Positions 37,679 through 41,899 of a DNA stretch of 41,899 nucleotides are shown piece after piece. Under the pieces are notes generated by a model that was not told where the DNA came from, searched no databases, and saw only the letters and a list, made by a program, of their open reading frames with translations. Both the position numbers and the translations under genes were made by a program. This DNA comes from an uncultured Ruminococcus sp. (lineage in GTDB: Bacteria; Bacillota; Clostridia; Oscillospirales; SIG627). The stretch spans positions 1 to 41,899 of the forward strand of contig CADBPF010000068.1 of the NCBI GenBank assembly GCA_902796545.1, in the 5' to 3' direction. Position 1 is the first letter of the stretch, and each line of letters starts with the position of its first letter.

Positions 37679-38598
37679 ACTACTATCTCGGGATCGATAC
37701 CAGTAACTACACCACCTCGCTTGCCGCGATCCCGCAAAACGAGGGCGAGGGGGTTTGTGTGCGCACGCTTTTGCAGGCACCGGTAAACAGCGTCGGTCTG
37801 CGGCAAAGCGACGCGCATTTTTTGCATACGAAGCATTTGCCGGAACTCTCCTGCCGCCTGCGGGAGGCCCTGCCCCGAAACGCGCGCTGCGTCGGCGTGG
37901 GCGTTTCGGTCAAACCGCGCCCGGAGGAAGGCTCGTATATGCCCTGCTTTCTCGCGGGGGTCTCCGCCGCGCACGCGGCGGCGCTTGCCGCGGGCGTGCC
38001 GCTTTATGAGACCACGCACCAGGAGGGGCATCTGAAAAGCGCGCTCTACGGCGCGCCGGATTTTCCTTGCGTCGAGCGCTTTTTCGCGATCCATCTGTCC
38101 GGCGGCACGCTGGAATGTCTGGAGGTTTGCAAGCGCGTCGGCGCCTTTGGAGTCCGCGTCGCGTCCAAAACGCTCGATTTAACGCTCGGGCAGCTGATCG
38201 ACCGCGTCGGCGTGGCGATGGGCTTTCCTTTCCCCTGCGGCAAAGCGCTGGATGAGCTTGCGTTTTCCCATCGGCGGAGCTTTTCGGTGAAGATCCCCGA
38301 AAAAAGCGAAGGGATCAACTTATCGGGCTTTGAAAACCGCGCAAAGGAGCTGATCTTAAGCGCGCAAAAAGAAGACGTTGCGGCGTATCTCTTCTGCGTG
38401 GCGGAGCAGAGTATCCGCGCGCTGTGCCGGATCGCAAATACCGGAGATACTCCGGTGCTGATCTGCGGCGGCGTCGGCGCGAGCAAGACCCTGCGGCGCG
38501 CTCTGGCGGGCGAAAGGTACTATTTCACCGCGCCCGAATGGGCGACGGACAATGCGCTCGGCGTTGCGCTGATCGCCAAAGAGAAAGGAACGGTTTGA
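37675..38598 (+). CDS. Divergent TsaD/Kae1 (peptidase M22 / ASKHA-fold) family paralog, function unknown
   Basis: LGIDTSNYTTS (compare GIETSCDET in TsaD), HQEGH (HxxxH metal site), CGGVGASKTLR (compare GGVAAN), TDNALGVA (compare DNAAMIA). Only 307 aa and clearly divergent from canonical TsaD. Confidence 0.65.
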   Translation: MNYYLGIDTSNYTTSLAAIPQNEGEGVCVRTLLQAPVNSVGLRQSDAHFLHTKHLPELSCRLREALPRNARCVGVGVSVKPRPEEGSYMPCFLAGVSAAHAAALAAGVPLYETTHQEGHLKSALYGAPDFPCVERFFAIHLSGGTLECLEVCKRVGAFGVRVASKTLDLTLGQLIDRVGVAMGFPFPCGKALDELAFSHRRSFSVKIPEKSEGINLSGFENRAKELILSAQKEDVAAYLFCVAEQSIRALCRIANTGDTPVLICGGVGASKTLRRALAGERYYFTAPEWATDNALGVALIAKEKGTV

Positions 38599-38600
38599 AT

Positions 38601-39812
38601 ATGGAGCGGCAGATCTATACCGTGACGCAGGTCAACGAATTCGTGAAGGAACTGCTCGAGGGCTTTCCGGCGTTCCGCAATCTTTGCGTGCGCGGCGAGA
38701 TCTCGAATTTTACGAATCATTATAAAAGCGGGCATCTGTATTTCACGCTGAAAGACGAAACGGGCGTGTTAAGATCCGTGATGTTCAAATACAGCGCGCA
38801 GCGTCTTACCTTCGAGCCGCAAAACGGCATGAAGGTGCTCGCCACGGGGCATCTTTCCTCCTTCGTGCGCGACGGGCAGTATCAGCTTTATTGCGACGCG
38901 CTCGAGCCGGACGGGATCGGCGCTTTGTATCTTGCCTACGAGCAGCTCAAAGAAAAGCTGCGCGCCGAAGGGCTCTTTGACGAAGCGCACAAGCTGCCGC
39001 TTCCGAAATGCCCTTTGAGAGTCGGGATCATCACCTCTCCGACCGGCGCCGCCGTGCGGGATATGATCCAGGTTTCCGGCAGAAGATTCCCGATCGCCGA
39101 ATTATTTCTGTGCCCCGTGCTCGTGCAGGGAGAGGGCGCCGCGCCGCAATTAAAACGCGCCGTGCGCTTTTTCAACGAGTCGTTTCCCGTGGACGTGATC
39201 CTGATCGGCCGCGGCGGCGGGTCCTTAGAGGATCTCTGGGCGTTCAACGACGAGGGTCTGGCGCGGGAGATCTACGCTTCGCACATCCCGGTCGTCAGCG
39301 CCGTGGGGCACGAAACGGACTTCACGATCTGCGATTTCGTATCCGATCTGCGCGCCCCCACGCCGAGCGCCGCGGCGGAGCTCGCCCTGCCGGAAAAAAC
39401 GGAAATGCAGCAGAAGATCCAAAACGTGCAAACGCTCATGCAAAAAACGCTGCTTGCCCGCATCGCGGCGTACCGCGAGCGCGTAAACGGCTTTGCGGCA
39501 AAGCCGTGTCTGCAAAAGCCGGAGGGCTTTTTGGAAGAACGGCAAATGCTGCTCGACCGCTTGTCGGACAGCTTTTTCAAAAGCGCGGACATCCAACTCG
39601 AGCGCAAGCAAACCGCCTTGCGCACGCTTGCGGGGAAACTGGACGCGTTGAGCCCGCTGGGCGTGTTTTCGCGCGGGTACGGCGCGATCCTGACCACCGA
39701 CGGGCGCGCGGTGCGCTCGATTGCGGAATTGTCCGTGGACGATCAAGTCACACTCAAAACCACCGGCGGAGAAGCCGATGCGAAGATCGTATCGATCAGA
39801 AAGGGATCCTGA
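38601..39812 (+). CDS. xseA: Exodeoxyribonuclease VII large subunit
   Basis: ATG at 38601 gives MERQIYTVTQVNEFVKELLE. OB-fold, GIITSPTGAAVRDM, LIGRGGGSLEDLWAFNDE, SAVGHETDFT. The ORF-track start at 38424 lies inside the preceding gene. Confidence 0.95.
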   Translation: MERQIYTVTQVNEFVKELLEGFPAFRNLCVRGEISNFTNHYKSGHLYFTLKDETGVLRSVMFKYSAQRLTFEPQNGMKVLATGHLSSFVRDGQYQLYCDALEPDGIGALYLAYEQLKEKLRAEGLFDEAHKLPLPKCPLRVGIITSPTGAAVRDMIQVSGRRFPIAELFLCPVLVQGEGAAPQLKRAVRFFNESFPVDVILIGRGGGSLEDLWAFNDEGLAREIYASHIPVVSAVGHETDFTICDFVSDLRAPTPSAAAELALPEKTEMQQKIQNVQTLMQKTLLARIAAYRERVNGFAAKPCLQKPEGFLEERQMLLDRLSDSFFKSADIQLERKQTALRTLAGKLDALSPLGVFSRGYGAILTTDGRAVRSIAELSVDDQVTLKTTGGEADAKIVSIRKGS

Positions 39813-40057
39813 TGGCAGAAACCGAAAAAACCAACGCAAGCTTTGAAGCGTCGCTGAAACGTTTAGAGGAGATCACGCGCCGCCTCGAACAGACGGACAC
39901 GCCCCTGGAGGAGTCGCTCAAGCTCTTCGAGGAGGGCACGGCGCTCGTGCGCACGCTCACCGGCGCGCTCGACGATGCGACTAGACGCGTTTCGATTCTG
40001 AAAAACGCGCTCGAGGGAAGCGGCGCGACCGAGCCCTTTGACGCGGATCGGGCGTAA
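39812..40057 (+). CDS. xseB: Exodeoxyribonuclease VII small subunit
   Basis: ATG at 39812 (TGATG junction with xseA) gives MAETEKTNASFEASLKRLEEITRRLEQTDTPLEESLKLFEEG. This is the 3' part of the long ORF-track frame 39008-40057. Confidence 0.92.
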   Translation: MAETEKTNASFEASLKRLEEITRRLEQTDTPLEESLKLFEEGTALVRTLTGALDDATRRVSILKNALEGSGATEPFDADRA

Positions 40058-40060
40058 GAC

Positions 40061-40089
40061 TTGCAAAGCTTGCATAGTTATGCTATACT
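40061..40089 (+). promoter_or_regulatory. Near-consensus extended -10 sigma-A promoter (TTGCAA-17 nt-TGcTATACT) driving the non-coding region
   Basis: -35 TTGCAA at 40061-40066, 17-nt spacer, TG at 40081-40082, -10 TATACT at 40084-40089. Starts 4 nt after the xseB stop. Predicted TSS is around 40094-40097. Confidence 0.65.
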
Positions 40090-40095
40090 ATGCAC

Positions 40096-40757
40096 GATGG
40101 CGCAGTATCCTAGTGAAAGCGGCCCTTTTTGAAGACGGGCCTAAAAATCCGTCAAAGGGCACATCGATGAAGCGTTTTGTGCCTGCTTCGTACGCCCAGT
40201 ATGGGGTGGGTGCTGAACGATTGGACTTGCGGGCATCCGCAACGGCATGCGAACAATGACCCGTCTGTCCTTGGAGGCCTTATTGCGTGGGCTGGTCCGA
40301 AAGCCTACGGGTAAGGGGTAAACCTGTCACGCGGTGCGTTTGACGCTGTGGGCAGCGTAGCCTGCCTTGCGTGGCGGCGGCGGATTTCGGAACCACGGCG
40401 CTCGTCTCCCGGCCGGAGACGCGCGGCGATTGCCGGATGAAACCGCAGCTGCAAAAGAGGCTGAGAAAAGGATCCGCTTTCGGAGGAAATCTCCTAGGCT
40501 GTTTTTTTAAAAAGGCATAAAAGGGATTGCAGTGCGCACTCACAGGCAATCGAGTCCCGGTATTCGGCGACGGTATCGGCTCCGCTTTCAAGGGGAACCG
40601 CTCCTTCGGTGACGGGGAGTAGCGGATGGGGAAATGCCAACTCGACCTTAAGCCGCAACGTTTACTTTTTATGCTGCCATCATCTTTCGTGAACGTGCCT
40701 TTTCGTTTTGAATGGCGGGAAGGCTTCCTTTTTCCCAAAATCAGACCAACGCAGATC
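40096..40757 (+). ncRNA. ole: Large structured non-coding RNA, probable OLE (ornate, large, extremophilic) RNA class; ends approximate
   Basis: About 660 nt with no ORF showing coding-like composition or an RBS. It has a dedicated promoter and many GC-rich hairpins (40122-40160, 40351-40366, 40404-40420, 40424-40435, 40525-40551, 40658-40696). Long-range pairings include GAAAGCGG 40115-40122 with CCGCTTTC 40474-40481. It lies between xseB and a 4-TM protein plus dxs, which is the known OLE/oapA context. The class assignment rests on synteny, size and structure, not on an alignment. Confidence 0.6.
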
Positions 40758-40767
40758 GGAGGATAGC

Positions 40768-41469
40768 TTGGATCACTCAGACCGAAGTCGGGGCGGTGCG
40801 AAAAAGCGCGCCGCCGCGCCGACCGAACCGGATCAGAACAAGATCGCGTCAAAAGAGAAGAAACCGCGCAAGCGCAAGGCGCGCGTGGATTGGAAATGGA
40901 CGCTGATCGTTTTCTTGCTTTCGCTTGTCATCTCCGTTGCGCTCGGGCTCTTGTCGAGCACGCTGGAAACGCTGGATCTGTTCTACGGGTTTTTGATCCT
41001 CTTATTCGTGATCGCGCTCGGCGTGGCGTTCGATTTTATCGGCATCGCCGTCGCCACGGCGGACGTCGGCGGCTTCCATTCCATGGCGTCCCGCGGGAAC
41101 CCGATGGGCGCAAAGGGCGCGTGGCTCATTAAAAACGCAAACAAGGTCTACAGCTTCTGCAACGACGTGATCGGCGATATTTCCGGGATCCTCTCCGGCG
41201 CGATCGGCGCCACGATCGCGCTTAAGCTGTTTATTTCCGAGTCCGCTCTCGGGTTTTGGGGCAATCTCATCGTCACCGCGGCGATCTCTGCGGTCACGGT
41301 CGGCGGCAAGGCGCTGTTCAAGGGCGTCGCGCTCGAGTACAGTCAGGAGACCGTCGCGTTTTTGTCCCGCGTGCTCTGCTTTTTCTCGTTTTCAGGACGG
41401 ACGGCGCAGGAAAAGGACCGCGCGGACGCGCAGGAAAAAAAGAATAAAACGGATAAGGATCGGACATGA
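40768..41469 (+). CDS. oapA: Small 4-TM membrane protein with basic N-terminal tail, probable OLE-associated protein OapA; start uncertain
   Basis: Four predicted TM helices ([74 protein letters not shown]). Immediately upstream of dxs with an ATGA overlap. The TTG at 40768 follows GGAGGA (40758-40763), and third-position GC rises from that point. Alternative starts are TTG 40708 (no RBS) and GTG 40885. Confidence 0.6.
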   Translation: MDHSDRSRGGAKKRAAAPTEPDQNKIASKEKKPRKRKARVDWKWTLIVFLLSLVISVALGLLSSTLETLDLFYGFLILLFVIALGVAFDFIGIAVATADVGGFHSMASRGNPMGAKGAWLIKNANKVYSFCNDVIGDISGILSGAIGATIALKLFISESALGFWGNLIVTAAISAVTVGGKALFKGVALEYSQETVAFLSRVLCFFSFSGRTAQEKDRADAQEKKNKTDKDRT

Positions 41470-41899
41470 ACGGATATTCGCTTTCTCAGCTTCAGGCGAT
41501 GTCGCTTGACGAGGCGCGCGATCTGGCGCGGGAGATCCGGCAGTTTCTGGTGGAGAACGTATCCCTCACCGGCGGCCATCTCGCGTCGAATCTCGGCATC
41601 GTGGAGATCTCGCTTGCGCTGTTGCGCCTGTTCGATCCCCCCAAAGACGCGCTGATCTACGACACCGGCCACCAGAGTTACGTGCATAAGCTGCTCACCG
41701 GGCGCCTCGGGGACTTTTCCACCCTGCGCCAGTACGGCGGCATTTCCGGATTTCCCAAACGCTCGGAGAGCGAATACGACGCCTTCGGCGCGGGCCACAG
41801 CGGCACCGCCGTCAGCGCGGCATTGGGGATCCTGCGTGCGCGCGCTTTGAACGAAAAAGCGGAAAAGGCTTATACCGTCGCGATTTTGGGCGACGGTGC
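41466..41899 (+). CDS. dxs: 1-deoxy-D-xylulose-5-phosphate synthase, 3'-partial (runs off window)
   Basis: My own translation from the ATG at 41466: [80 protein letters not shown]...[12 protein letters not shown]. These are canonical Dxs N-terminal motifs. It is absent from the ORF track because there is no stop codon in the window. Confidence 0.93.
   Translation, partial: MNGYSLSQLQAMSLDEARDLAREIRQFLVENVSLTGGHLASNLGIVEISLALLRLFDPPKDALIYDTGHQSYVHKLLTGRLGDFSTLRQYGGISGFPKRSESEYDAFGAGHSGTAVSAALGILRARALNEKAEKAYTVAILGDG

Noticed and set aside
40038-40259. 73-aa + strand ORF overlapping the end of xseB and the start of the non-coding region. A 190-aa minus-strand ORF at 40280-40852 belongs to the same case.
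   Set aside because: Neither has a Shine-Dalgarno sequence. The first starts inside xseB and contains the promoter. The second runs antisense through the hairpin-rich region and into the oapA-like gene. Composition does not look coding, and the RNA-gene explanation accounts for the region better.
40482-40510. T7 run at 40502-40508 as the intrinsic terminator ending the RNA at about 410 nt
   Set aside because: The immediately preceding local hairpin is only 4 bp (AGGA/TCCT), and structured, ORF-free sequence continues for another 250 nt up to the oapA RBS. It is more likely an internal U-tract. A shorter RNA ending here cannot be excluded without transcript mapping.
40096-40757. Alternative identities for the structured RNA: RNase P RNA, tmRNA, SRP RNA, TPP riboswitch (because of GCTGAGA at about 40459-40466 upstream of dxs) and group II intron
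   Set aside because: I could not find the RNase P conserved blocks (GAGGAAAGTCC, ACAGAA), a tRNA-like GGTTCGA...CCACCA end for tmRNA, the SRP domain IV motif, the ACCTGATC/GGGA half of a TPP aptamer, or a group II domain V. Size and synteny fit OLE much better.

Overview
GC-rich (about 60% G+C by eye) chromosomal core segment from a spore-forming Firmicute, probably class Clostridia. This placement is an inference from spoIIR, cdaA-cdaR, a T-box leader and the DUF512-der-plsY arrangement. I call 40 protein genes, all on the + strand, and many are joined by ATGA/TGATG start-stop overlaps. In order: mltG (5'-partial, with a 42-bp tandem repeat), rmuC, smpB, lepA, hemW, a lipoprotein, DUF1385, prmC, recA, recX, rimO, pgsA, cysE, cysS, an AI-2E transporter, dut, prs, cinA, htpG, cdaA, cdaR, an RseC-like protein, yceD, rpmF, a DUF512 radical-SAM protein, der, plsY, a DUF362/4Fe-4S protein, ispE, spoIIR, a TIM-barrel sugar isomerase, an orphan solute-binding lipoprotein, a Phe T-box leader, pheS, pheT, nusB, a TsaD/Kae1-like paralog, xseA, xseB, a long non-coding gap, a 4-TM membrane protein, and dxs (3'-partial). 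All long minus-strand ORFs in the track overlap these genes and look like GC-rich antisense shadow ORFs. The most interesting locus is 40058-40767. It is about 650 nt with no credible ORF, has its own near-consensus extended -10 promoter, is full of hairpins and long-range complementarity, and sits between xseB and a small membrane protein plus dxs. That is the genomic context of the OLE (ornate, large, extremophilic) RNA and its partner oapA, so I call it a probable OLE-class ribonucleoprotein locus, here without the usual ispA neighbour. No CRISPR arrays, tRNA/rRNA genes or mobile elements were seen.
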